This document shows, in pieces, positions 7,637-16,239 of a stretch of 57,700 nucleotides of DNA. Source of the stretch: an uncultured bacterium. GTDB lineage: Bacteria > Patescibacteriota > Minisyncoccia > Phycocordibacterales > UBA9973. The notes beneath the pieces are model-generated. The model had not been told where the DNA came from. It ran no database searches and worked only from the letters and a program-made list of their open reading frames with translations. A program made the position numbers and the translations under genes. The stretch spans positions 1 to 57,700 of the forward strand of contig CAITQP010000012.1 in NCBI GenBank assembly GCA_903894565.1, written 5' to 3'. The first letter of the stretch is position 1, and every line of letters begins with the position of its first letter.

Positions 7637-10360
7637 TTATTTGGTCCATTTCGCCATTAACATCACAAAATCCAGCACATCGACCTTCCCGTCGCTATTA
7701 AAATCTGCAATGTTGTCTTTCCCTACTCCTCCCCAATGTGCCATCAGTGTGACGAAATCAAGGATGTCTACTTTACAATCGTGGTTGGTGTCTACTTTTC
7801 CAAGTGAGCACGTATTGCCACCACCTCCGCCTCCACCACCTCCGCCTCCACCGCCTCCACCGCCTCCACCTCCTGTTGTTGAGCACGGGCTTGTAGTAAA
7901 TGTCATGTCACTTCCTGTACCATTGCCATACGAATTAACAGCGAGTGCTTGATAATGATAGGTCGTTGCGCAAGTAAGATTCGGGAGATCAAGATGAAAT
8001 ACTCCGCTCGTGAATGTACCGGTTGCGATGACCTGACTGCCATATCCGCTCGTCGCTCCAAATGAGAAACCACGTCCGGTTACAGTGCTTGAGCCGGTAT
8101 AATCGATGACTCCATTAATTGTTGCGGTTGTTTGTGTAATAGTAGTCGCAGCAGTCGTCGAAACGAATGGTACGGGCATGCGTGTCCACACAAATCCAGG
8201 TGACGAGTCTCCTGAGAGAATATTCATTCCGTCACGTGAGATTGCAAGTGTTGACCAAAACGAGGGACCGGCAGAAACTTGTGGAATCCACGTTGCTCCA
8301 CCATCAGTTGAAATGAGAATATATCGTCCTCCAGTTACCGGACCACCTTGAATCAATGCGATGAGTTTTCCATTGTCAGAAATTTTTGCACCGCCCCAAT
8401 CACTTGAGCTAGCGTTCGTCATCGTCGTCCATGTTACGCCAGCATCGGTTGATAAATACACATTTCCATGTCGCTCGCTCGCAACAAGATAATTGCCGTC
8501 ACTTGAACTTGCAATATTTGCCCACGAATGTGATCCGAGAGTTGTCAATTGATTCCACGTGATACCATGATCTGTTGACTGTGAAATAAAACCGTTCGCA
8601 TCGCTCACAGTAATCGTCATACCATTCATTGCGATCGCTACAGAATTCCATGAGCCGGTACCGAGTGCAGTTGCTGCAGTCCATAGCGCTCCACCATTTT
8701 GAGAAATCATCAGCGAGCCAGATGCATTCGCATACGCAAGTGTCTGTCCGTCAGTACTTACTCCAAGTGCCTCATTTGGCTGTGATCCAAGCATTGGGAG
8801 AGCGTTCCATGTCGATCCCGAATCAGTAGAAATATATACTGTTCCTGAAATTTTTTCTGAAGCGAGCAGTGTGGATCCTGTACCAGAAGAAGCAACTGCG
8901 TTCCAATAATGAGCACCAAGCGTAGTGACTTGAGTCCATGTCACTCCACTATCGTTTGATATATACAGAAAACCATTTTGAGAATCAGCAGCAATGACAT
9001 GTGATGCATCGTCAGATGCTGCCATACTTGCCCAGAAGTGTGCTCCTGAACCAACCTGACGCACCCATGATGATCCAGTAAACGTCGTCGTGCAAGGAAG
9101 CGTGCGAACTGTCATATCAGAACCATACCCAGTACCATCGCTATTCGTTGCAAATGCTTCGTAATGATAGATCGTGTCACATGCAAAACCGGTGTGTACG
9201 TTTGCGCCGTCGAATGAACTCACTTCTCGTTGGTGCAAATCGGGGTCAACATTGATAACAACAGTTATTCCATATGAATTTGTTGGTCCGTACACAATTC
9301 CGATTGTTTGAATATCAGTATCGCCTGCATCAGGAATTGATCCTTTTAAAAGTGCGCCAAATTCGTAAATCGTGTCAGCACTCTCGGTTGTAACTCTTGG
9401 TGCACGTCCTGTCGTGTAAATATAACCACCACTATCAACAGCAGAAAAATGTGTGCCATCTGATGAGAGAGCAACTGATTGCCAGATATTCGTTCCTGCA
9501 TCAGCGTCTTGCGTCCATGTCACACCCGCGTCATATGAAATATTGATGGTGCGTGTACCGTTATCTCCCGCAATAAGTGTCATGCCATCGTCGCTTGTCG
9601 CGATCGAAGACCAACTTCGCATTCCAGAATTTGTTTGCACCATCCATGTCACACCAAAGTCCGTCGAAGTATAAATATAATCTCCGACCGCACCTGCTGT
9701 CATATGCGTACCGTCTGCACTGATTGAAAGACTCAACCATGAACGAATTCCTGCGCTATCAGCTTGTGTCCAAGTAACACCCGCGTCATTCGAAACAAAA
9801 ATGTATCCATTCGTAATTGCTGCAGTAAGATGTTCTCCGTCACGTGAAGACGCGACGACTTGCCACGCGTGTGTGCCGAGCGATGATTGTGCGTTCCATG
9901 TCACACCGCTATCAGTAGAGATATATATGTATCCGACATAGTCAGATGCAATCAATTGAGATCCACTCGCATTTGATGAGATCGATGACCACGTGCGTGC
10001 TCCAGAACCAACCTGCTCAGTCCATGTAACTCCACCATCGGTTGAGGTAAAAATATTTCCACCTCCGACAGTCGCTGCGAGTTTCATGCCATCTGCGCTA
10101 CCAGTAATAGCTTCCCACGCTTGTGGCCCTGTCGCAGTTTCTTTCGTCCAATCATGACCTGAATTGGTTGAGGTGTATACATACCCTGCGCTTGGCCCGT
10201 TTTCAACGGCAGCCAATTTAACCCCGTCAGCACTACTTGTAATCGAGAGCCATTGATGTTGACCTGAATTCGTTCGTTCGAACCATGTATGAGCAGATGC
10301 AAACTGTGTACCTGCAAAGAAAAAGATAGTAAAAAATGTGACCACTGATATTTTTTTCAT
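7637..10360 (-). CDS. Secreted protein: two BNR/Asp-box propeller modules, each followed by an FN3-like module, then a Gly19 linker and a C-terminal dockerin
   Basis: Signal peptide present. Twelve S-x-D-x-G-x-T-W boxes by my count (STDGGVTWT, STDSGVTWN and others). Two YHY...ATN...TFTT.PC modules. The C-terminus VDTNHDCKVDILDFVTLMAHWG...DFNSDGKVDVLDFVMLMAKW is a duplicated dockerin Ca-binding segment. Confidence 0.8.
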   Translation of the reverse strand: MKKISVVTFFTIFFFAGTQFASAHTWFERTNSGQHQWLSITSSADGVKLAAVENGPSAGYVYTSTNSGHDWTKETATGPQAWEAITGSADGMKLAATVGGGNIFTSTDGGVTWTEQVGSGARTWSSISSNASGSQLIASDYVGYIYISTDSGVTWNAQSSLGTHAWQVVASSRDGEHLTAAITNGYIFVSNDAGVTWTQADSAGIRSWLSLSISADGTHMTAGAVGDYIYTSTDFGVTWMVQTNSGMRSWSSIATSDDGMTLIAGDNGTRTINISYDAGVTWTQDADAGTNIWQSVALSSDGTHFSAVDSGGYIYTTGRAPRVTTESADTIYEFGALLKGSIPDAGDTDIQTIGIVYGPTNSYGITVVINVDPDLHQREVSSFDGANVHTGFACDTIYHYEAFATNSDGTGYGSDMTVRTLPCTTTFTGSSWVRQVGSGAHFWASMAASDDASHVIAADSQNGFLYISNDSGVTWTQVTTLGAHYWNAVASSGTGSTLLASEKISGTVYISTDSGSTWNALPMLGSQPNEALGVSTDGQTLAYANASGSLMISQNGGALWTAATALGTGSWNSVAIAMNGMTITVSDANGFISQSTDHGITWNQLTTLGSHSWANIASSSDGNYLVASERHGNVYLSTDAGVTWTTMTNASSSDWGGAKISDNGKLIALIQGGPVTGGRYILISTDGGATWIPQVSAGPSFWSTLAISRDGMNILSGDSSPGFVWTRMPVPFVSTTAATTITQTTATINGVIDYTGSSTVTGRGFSFGATSGYGSQVIATGTFTSGVFHLDLPNLTCATTYHYQALAVNSYGNGTGSDMTFTTSPCSTTGGGGGGGGGGGGGGGGGGGNTCSLGKVDTNHDCKVDILDFVTLMAHWGGVGKDNIADFNSDGKVDVLDFVMLMAKWTK
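7817..7873 (-). repeat. 19 consecutive Gly codons (GGN; plus-strand (NCC)19)
   Basis: Counted codon by codon in the 7637-10360 reading frame. The codon pattern is a quasi-repeat of ggaggc/ggtgga units. Confidence 0.9.
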
Positions 10361-10415
10361 GTTTTAGGATTATAGCATATTTGTTTTAAAAGTCAATAAA
10401 CATCGATATACTCGG

Positions 10416-10460
10416 GCGCACAGAAAAAAACAGGTCGTTGACCTGTTTTTTTCTGTGCGC
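10416..10460. terminator. Clamped terminator downstream of the BspA-like gene
   Basis: gcgcacag-A7-caggtc-gttg-acctg-T7-ctgtgcgc, a nearly perfect 20-bp stem. Confidence 0.75.
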
Positions 10461-10463
10461 CTA

Positions 10464-12698
10464 TTACTTAATGTTCATTACAAATTTTCGTGTTATAGGA
10501 CCGAAGGTACCCTTCCCTGCCATCCCATTCTTTCCAAATATCGCATCCGCATTTGATTCCTGAAAATTGCCTAACGCAGTAAACGTTGCTTGACTGAAGT
10601 GTGTTGTTTCGTTTCCAAGTGAACCAGGGCCATTCGTTGCAACGGCAAAACCATGTGTATTTAAGAATTGTTGTAACAGCTTCACGTCATCACCAGACAT
10701 TCCCTTGCGAAGACTTCTCGTGAATTGAGCACTACCTACAATTTCATGTCCTTTGTTTGGACTCAGCAATGAAGCTACTGGCGGTTGTGACACTGTGAGT
10801 GTTGGGATATTTGGACGCCCTCGACTGCCAACAAATGCGAATGTTGCTGCCACTGCTATGTCGCCATGGATCGCTGTATCAATGCGAGGATTTTGTGTTG
10901 AACCATCTGACCAATGACTAAACGTAAAGCCTGGATTCGGAACGGCAGTCACCGCTGTTCCGTCCTCATTATTTCCAAACGATTGTGTCGCTTGACCAGA
11001 GATCGATCCGTTTGAGTCTGAGCCATACGTAAGCGTATGACACGAAGCACCGTCATCGTTGATTGTCCATCCATATGTATCAATCATAGATTGACGCGCT
11101 GGTGACGCAGAGCAGTAGATCGCGTTATTCGCATCAAGCGTTACTCCAGTGTGTAGAGCAAGCAATGACCACGAATGAAGAAGCGCGTCATAATTTTTTA
11201 TTGAAAGTGAAACATTCGTAAACATTCCCGGCATTCGCGTCACACGAGCAACGTTCCAAGAACTCAGGTCTTGATCGAACGAAACCGCATCTCCAAACAG
11301 AGTATCCATATTCGTAACGGCAGATACATTCCACGTTGTAAGCGGCTGATTAAAAGCAGACGCGTTCGAAAACATGTAAGCCATATTTGTCACGTGTGAC
11401 AGTTTTGGTCCCCATGCCTCGAGAGGATAATTAAATAGTACCGCATAGTAAAACATTCCTGACATGTCTGTGACTTTTGAAACATCCCATGAACTGAGAT
11501 TTTGATTGAATGCTCGTGCACTATAGAACATCAAGTTCATGTCAGTGACATTCGACACATTCCAATTACTGATATTTTGATTAAAAACACCATCTGCATT
11601 AAACATGTTAGACATGCTCGTAACATTCGAAGTGTCCCAATTACTGATGTCCTGATTGAACGCCGACGCATAGTGGAATAAACTAATGGCATTTTGCAAA
11701 TTATGTGTTTTACTTCCCCACAAGAGTGGAGCACCACCATTATTGTATGCAAACGCTGCATAAAACATCCCTTGCATACTGAGCACGTTCGAAACATCCC
11801 AGTTACTAATGTCTTGATTAAAATCAGTATCCTGACTAAACATATTCGACATGTTTGTTACGTGCGAAGTATCCCAGGTACTAACACTCTGATTAAATCT
11901 GACGGCGTTATAAAACATACCACCCATATTTGTGTCGTGAGACAATTTTGGACCCCATGCATTCAATGGATGATTGAAATGCGTCGCGCTCATAAACATA
12001 GAGTCAGTTGTTGTAACACTCGAAACATCCCAGTTACTAATGTCCTGGTTAAATAAGATTGCATTGTCAAACAAATGGCTCATGTCCGTCACATGTGAGA
12101 CATCCCAATTGTTGAGTGGTTGGTTAAAACTCGTTGTGCTTTGAAGCATTCCGAGCATCGTTGTGACATGAGAAACATCCCAATTGTTGATATTTGAGTT
12201 GAGCGACGTGTCATTCAGAAACATGTACGTTGTATCAGTAACGCCAGAAAGATCAGGCGCAGCCGTGTCGTTGATCACTAGGTTTGCACATCCAGCAAAT
12301 GCTTTGTACATCGAAGCCCAGTGTGTTGTTCCCCAGCTCTCGATTGAAAGGATTTTTTGCGCGTCACTTGAACTGCCACTTTCGAAAAAAATCTCAGGGA
12401 ACGTACCACTAATCGTCACAGTATATGTACCAGGCGTATCATACGTATGAGTAATACTTCCCGTAATACCCGCTTCAAAATGTGAATCCCCCCAGTCGAC
12501 GTTATAATTGTACGTTTGGCCACCGGCAACTGGAATCGTAATTTGATTACTGAGAGAGACACCGGGGTTGTCTGTTTTCCATGTCGTTACAAATGGGAAA
12601 TCACAGGCACACGCTTGCGCAGGCGCTATGTAAAATAAAAATGCAGAAAAACACGCGACGGTAGAAACCGCGAGCAAAAATAATGTGCTTCTTTTCAT
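10464..12698 (-). CDS. BspA-like leucine-rich-repeat surface protein with a Listeria-Bacteroides-type repeat and a C-terminal peptidoglycan-binding domain
   Basis: About 13 repeats of roughly 25 aa (NxWDVSxVTxMxxMF..A..FNQ). An HTLTYGSDSNGSISG...GFTFSHWSDGS block. C-terminus GMSGDDVKLLQQFLNTHGF is PG_binding_1-like. I set the start at Met13 (MKRSTLFLLAV). Confidence 0.75.
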   Translation of the reverse strand: MKRSTLFLLAVSTVACFSAFLFYIAPAQACACDFPFVTTWKTDNPGVSLSNQITIPVAGGQTYNYNVDWGDSHFEAGITGSITHTYDTPGTYTVTISGTFPEIFFESGSSSDAQKILSIESWGTTHWASMYKAFAGCANLVINDTAAPDLSGVTDTTYMFLNDTSLNSNINNWDVSHVTTMLGMLQSTTSFNQPLNNWDVSHVTDMSHLFDNAILFNQDISNWDVSSVTTTDSMFMSATHFNHPLNAWGPKLSHDTNMGGMFYNAVRFNQSVSTWDTSHVTNMSNMFSQDTDFNQDISNWDVSNVLSMQGMFYAAFAYNNGGAPLLWGSKTHNLQNAISLFHYASAFNQDISNWDTSNVTSMSNMFNADGVFNQNISNWNVSNVTDMNLMFYSARAFNQNLSSWDVSKVTDMSGMFYYAVLFNYPLEAWGPKLSHVTNMAYMFSNASAFNQPLTTWNVSAVTNMDTLFGDAVSFDQDLSSWNVARVTRMPGMFTNVSLSIKNYDALLHSWSLLALHTGVTLDANNAIYCSASPARQSMIDTYGWTINDDGASCHTLTYGSDSNGSISGQATQSFGNNEDGTAVTAVPNPGFTFSHWSDGSTQNPRIDTAIHGDIAVAATFAFVGSRGRPNIPTLTVSQPPVASLLSPNKGHEIVGSAQFTRSLRKGMSGDDVKLLQQFLNTHGFAVATNGPGSLGNETTHFSQATFTALGNFQESNADAIFGKNGMAGKGTFGPITRKFVMNIK

Positions 12699-12822
12699 GC
12701 AATAAGTATACCAAGCACGTTTTTGAAAGTACATTGTAATACTATGGAGGACAAATGTCGTACTATTGACAGTAGCGCTTATTATATGTAATAATATAAG
12801 TCACCATTTCAAAATTTAACTC

Positions 12823-12996
12823 ATGGAAAAGAAAAGAACGAAAGACGAAAGTAATCTCCCCGTCGAAGAAAAGAACGTTAACGGCTCAGAAAATTTCGAA
12901 GTACCTCTAGTGAAGGACAAATTTCTCATTTTTAATACGAGTATTGACCATTCAGAATCAGGGTACGACGATGCACAAGACCGCCAAGGGAAATAA
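12823..12996 (+). CDS. Small hydrophilic ORF (57 aa); hypothetical
   Basis: ATG at 12823, TAA at 12994-12996, followed by a terminator at 13017. No clear SD sequence. Confidence 0.3.
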   Translation: MEKKRTKDESNLPVEEKNVNGSENFEVPLVKDKFLIFNTSIDHSESGYDDAQDRQGK

Positions 12997-13016
12997 AATA
13001 CCCTAAATTAAAATGA

Positions 13017-13041
13017 AAACCTTCACGTGAGTGAAGGTTTT
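13017..13041 (+). terminator. Rho-independent terminator
   Basis: aaaaccttcac-gtga-gtgaaggtttt followed by T-rich sequence. Confidence 0.55.
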
Positions 13042-13270
13042 ATTTATTTTGTGTCATTTAATTATATAAATGACGGATATACTTGGTGTGCCCACAACGG
13101 GGCGATGAGCTAGCCCGTTCCTACAAGAGGAATGGTGAGGGAGAAAAGTGTGGCCTTCACAAAGGAAAGCATGAATTCAATTTGTTTTCAGTGCGAAGAA
13201 CTTTTGTCCATTGAGAACGGGTTCTCAAGTTTGGCACGGGCTACATGCTCGAACTATTCTTTTTTGAAAG

Positions 13271-13309
13271 AAAACACCAGCCATCTTTCGAAGGCTGGTG
13301 TTTTCTTTG
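13271..13309. terminator. Terminator-like hairpin inside the 13132-13416 ORF
   Basis: aaaacaccagcc-atctttcgaa-ggctggtgttttcttt. Confidence 0.45.
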
Positions 13310-13542
13310 AAGAGTGTCTTCGGTTCAAAGCAAAAATCAGCCTTCGAGAGGAAGGTGAATCACAATTGCTTTTCCTTTGGACATGCGTCGAAACATACCT
13401 CGAGTATACCAACTGAGAGTCCCCCGTCAAGTAACTGTGTTGTACCTACAACAAAAAAAATATACAATTGATTGATCATGCGGTTTTCCTAACCAGCATG
13501 CCACTTGTATCTGCTCCGACCGTAACATTCGTTCCATAATTT

Positions 13543-14139
13543 ATGAATACATACAAAGATATTCTCGGCGTTATTACTATTGTCATTGCGATCATTAGTT
13601 ATTCGGACTACTTTTTTTCTATTTTCCGAGGAAGTACAATTCCACGCACAATATCTTGGCTCATCTGGGGAGTGCTTGGCACGATAGCCTTCGTCGTACA
13701 ATACAACGCAGGCGGTGGAGCAGGTACTTGGATTACTGGATTTACCGCAGTTATGTGTTTCTTGGTTGCCGGCACATCGTTTGTAAAATGCTCTGAGCAT
13801 TTTACGCTTTATGATTGGGTCCCACTGTCAGGCGCCGTTGTTACCCTTCTGTTCTGGTTTCTCACAAACAATGCACTCGTCGCGATTGTACTCATTATCA
13901 TTACGCACACACTCGGTTTTATACCGACAATGCACAATGCATACAAAAACCCCGACGAAGAAACCGCAATGACATTCATGTTGAATGGCCTAAAATTTTC
14001 TATCGCGATTATTGCGCTTGATTCATACACACTAACAACATGGCTCTATCCTCTAGTTATTGTTGTATTGAATGCAATTCTTGTGTTCGTTATTATTGCT
14101 CGAAGAATTTCATTACGAAAAACACGAGCAATTTCTTAA
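13543..14139 (+). CDS. Hypothetical polytopic membrane protein (about 6 TM)
   Basis: Hydrophobic throughout. No family recognised. Confidence 0.6.
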   Translation: MNTYKDILGVITIVIAIISYSDYFFSIFRGSTIPRTISWLIWGVLGTIAFVVQYNAGGGAGTWITGFTAVMCFLVAGTSFVKCSEHFTLYDWVPLSGAVVTLLFWFLTNNALVAIVLIIITHTLGFIPTMHNAYKNPDEETAMTFMLNGLKFSIAIIALDSYTLTTWLYPLVIVVLNAILVFVIIARRISLRKTRAIS

Positions 14140-14185
14140 GAGACAAGGTATACTTAAGACTTATTACTAACAGACGCAAATTCCA

Positions 14186-14311
14186 ATGGCAAAAAGAAAG
14201 ACGAGTGTCAGCCCAAAGAAAATGACTCGACACCCGCACAAGACGGCAAAGCGCCTTGCTGCAAAGAAAGTCATGCTCGCGAAAAAGGCTACCAAAAAAG
14301 CTCGCGCATAA
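14186..14311 (+). CDS. Lys/Arg-rich mini-protein (41 aa)
   Basis: MAKRKTSVSPKKMTRHPHKTAKRLAAKKVMLAKKATKKARA*. Followed by a terminator at 14346. No obvious SD sequence. Confidence 0.4.
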   Translation: MAKRKTSVSPKKMTRHPHKTAKRLAAKKVMLAKKATKKARA

Positions 14312-14345
14312 TGATTGGTTGAGGGAATATACTCAATCACCCATT

Positions 14346-14377
14346 ACACAAAAACCACCTTCGGGTGGTTTTTGTGT
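14346..14377 (+). terminator. Clamped terminator
   Basis: acaca-aaaa-ccacc-ttcg-ggtgg-tttt-tgtgt. Confidence 0.6.
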
Positions 14378-14455
14378 ACCACACCTGCACTAGTAATCAA
14401 ATGCGAAGTTCTGTATAGTAAAGAGTATTTTTATTAATAAATAGTATATTTTTGT

Positions 14456-14836
14456 ATGTTGAATCGTATTCAAAATAGTGCGTTGTTCACAACTGACTCA
14501 GGATTACTCGTGCTCCGTATTGGTCTCGCAATCGTTTTTATCGTAAGTGGATGGATGAAAGTTTCCAACATGCACAGCACAGTTGGTTTCTTTGCTTCAA
14601 TCGGATTTAACGCTTTTTGGGCATACCTCGCATCAGCAGTTGAGTTTCTCGGTGGTATTGCTGTTCTCCTCGGTGTCTTTACTCGCATCTCAGCAGCGCT
14701 TCTCGTTGTTGTCATGATCGTAGCAATCTATGTTGTACACGCTCAAGCAACAATGATTATGACTCCACTCTCAGTAGGATTTTCCGCTCTCGCGCTCATG
14801 TGTGCAGGCGCAGGAAAATACGCGCTTCGAAAATAA
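14456..14836 (+). CDS. DoxX family membrane protein
   Basis: LLVLRIGLAIVFIVSGWMKV...AVEFLGGIAVLLGVFTRISAALLVVVMIVAIYVVH. Confidence 0.8.
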   Translation: MLNRIQNSALFTTDSGLLVLRIGLAIVFIVSGWMKVSNMHSTVGFFASIGFNAFWAYLASAVEFLGGIAVLLGVFTRISAALLVVVMIVAIYVVHAQATMIMTPLSVGFSALALMCAGAGKYALRK

Positions 14837-14853
14837 TTTACAATCGTTGCATT

Positions 14854-14898
14854 ACACAAAAAAACACAGTGGGGATATTCCACTGTGTTTTTTTGTGT
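14854..14898. terminator. Clamped bidirectional terminator
   Basis: 19-bp perfect stem acacaaaaaaacacagtgg / ccactgtgtttttttgtgt with a 7-nt loop. Confidence 0.7.
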
Positions 14899-14925
14899 AT
14901 CAAACGAAGAGCAAACAGGAAAAAA

Positions 14926-15567
14926 TTATTGAGTTACGACTCCGAGTGTACTGAATAGTCCATCAACAACAGGAATGATCGTTTCTGTCTTAACGACATT
15001 CTTTTTTCCGTGGGTCACTTCAAATGTAACATCCAATCGGTATTCTTCATTCGGGATAGTTGCATCAGGTTCGAGTATCGTACATGACTTAATGACTACA
15101 GATGTAGCACCTCCGAGACGGACATATGAGCGCTCAATCACAGCATCTCCCCTGTCACGAAACAGGACAACATACGTTGAACCTCCATTTGAGTCACCAG
15201 ACAACGTAATCGGAGCGAATACATCCATGCGAGCTGTTCCACCAATCGTATTGTTTTGTATAAACTTACTTGCGAGAATTGTGCCGACTTTTACCGTACC
15301 CGTAACAATCTTTTTGTTACCGCCAATATAAGGATATGTCCCGGTACCATCGCGTAAACCAACAAGGCTATCGCCATCAGGAAGTGTCAGAACTGCTTTC
15401 ATCAGTCGATCGTTACTTGTCCTACTCAATTTTACAACAGCAACGTTTTCTGCAATTTGTGCAGTGAGAGCCTTTTCTTTTTGAACGTTTTCATATTGTC
15501 TCATCAGAAAAAAACCAACAAGCAAACCGAGTGCAATCAAGAACGATAGTAAAAATCTTTTTCTCAT
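14926..15567 (-). CDS. Hypothetical membrane-anchored or secreted protein
   Basis: N-terminal helix FLLSFLIALGLLVGFFL. I set the start at Met8 (MRKRF). Confidence 0.6.
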   Translation of the reverse strand: MRKRFLLSFLIALGLLVGFFLMRQYENVQKEKALTAQIAENVAVVKLSRTSNDRLMKAVLTLPDGDSLVGLRDGTGTYPYIGGNKKIVTGTVKVGTILASKFIQNNTIGGTARMDVFAPITLSGDSNGGSTYVVLFRDRGDAVIERSYVRLGGATSVVIKSCTILEPDATIPNEEYRLDVTFEVTHGKKNVVKTETIIPVVDGLFSTLGVVTQ

Positions 15568-15588
15568 GTTCGTATTATACCACGTCAA

Positions 15589-16239
15589 CTACGAGCGTGC
15601 CTTTGTTCGCTGCCAAATACGTTTCCAAAATACTGCAATCAAAACAACTGCAATAACAATGATAATGAGTAGAAATTTACTGATGAGGGCACTAATCGTG
15701 GGCCAATTATCTCCTACGTAGTAGCCGATCGTACAATACAAAAGTACTTGTATTATTTCTCCAATAGATTCATATACTATATATTTTTGGTATGGGACCT
15801 CACCGAGACCACAAATAATGTTGACGCACAGATTTGAAACAACTTCGAACCGAGTTATAAAAATGAGAAATCCTGGTTTTGTTTGAATACGTTTCTCAAA
15901 CGTTGCATACTTTTCTGAGGCGAGAATTTTGCGGAAACCGATTTGGTTTAAAATTCGTTTCCCGTATTTTCGAGCAATATAGTACCCAACGTTGTCACCA
16001 GCAATGTTGCCGAGACTTCCCCACACAACAATCCAAAAAAACGAAAGGTATCCTTGGCTCGCAAATGCAGCACTTGCCATCAAAAGAGTTCCAGGCGGTA
16101 CGGGAAATGCAAACGCGGCAACAAACGTGATGACAAAAATAGCTCCATATTTATAGAGAAGCAGATACGGCAGAATTACTTGGACAAGCCATGACATAGA
16201 AATACGGAATGATGCGAGTATAATAGTAGCACATGTCAA
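15589..16239 (-). CDS. DedA/VTT-domain membrane protein
   Basis: YGAIFVITFVAAFAFPVPPGTLLMA...GNIAGDNVGYYIARKYGKRIL. The start may instead be the internal MSWLV (16197). Confidence 0.8.
   Translation of the reverse strand: MTCATIILASFRISMSWLVQVILPYLLLYKYGAIFVITFVAAFAFPVPPGTLLMASAAFASQGYLSFFWIVVWGSLGNIAGDNVGYYIARKYGKRILNQIGFRKILASEKYATFEKRIQTKPGFLIFITRFEVVSNLCVNIICGLGEVPYQKYIVYESIGEIIQVLLYCTIGYYVGDNWPTISALISKFLLIIIVIAVVLIAVFWKRIWQRTKARS

Noticed and set aside
7641-7952. 103-aa plus-strand ORF with a poly-Pro run
   Set aside because: It is the antisense reading of the Gly19 tract and dockerin region of the 907-aa gene, not an independent gene.
13080-13440. tmRNA, RNase P RNA, SRP RNA, or TPP/fluoride/glycine riboswitch
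   Set aside because: I looked for the hallmark strings (GAGGAAAGUCC, ACAGAA..CCGGCUUA, the tag-ORF/ACCA end, CUGAGA...ACCUGAUC, and the fluoride GGCGAUG..pseudoknot partner) and found only partial chance-level resemblances.
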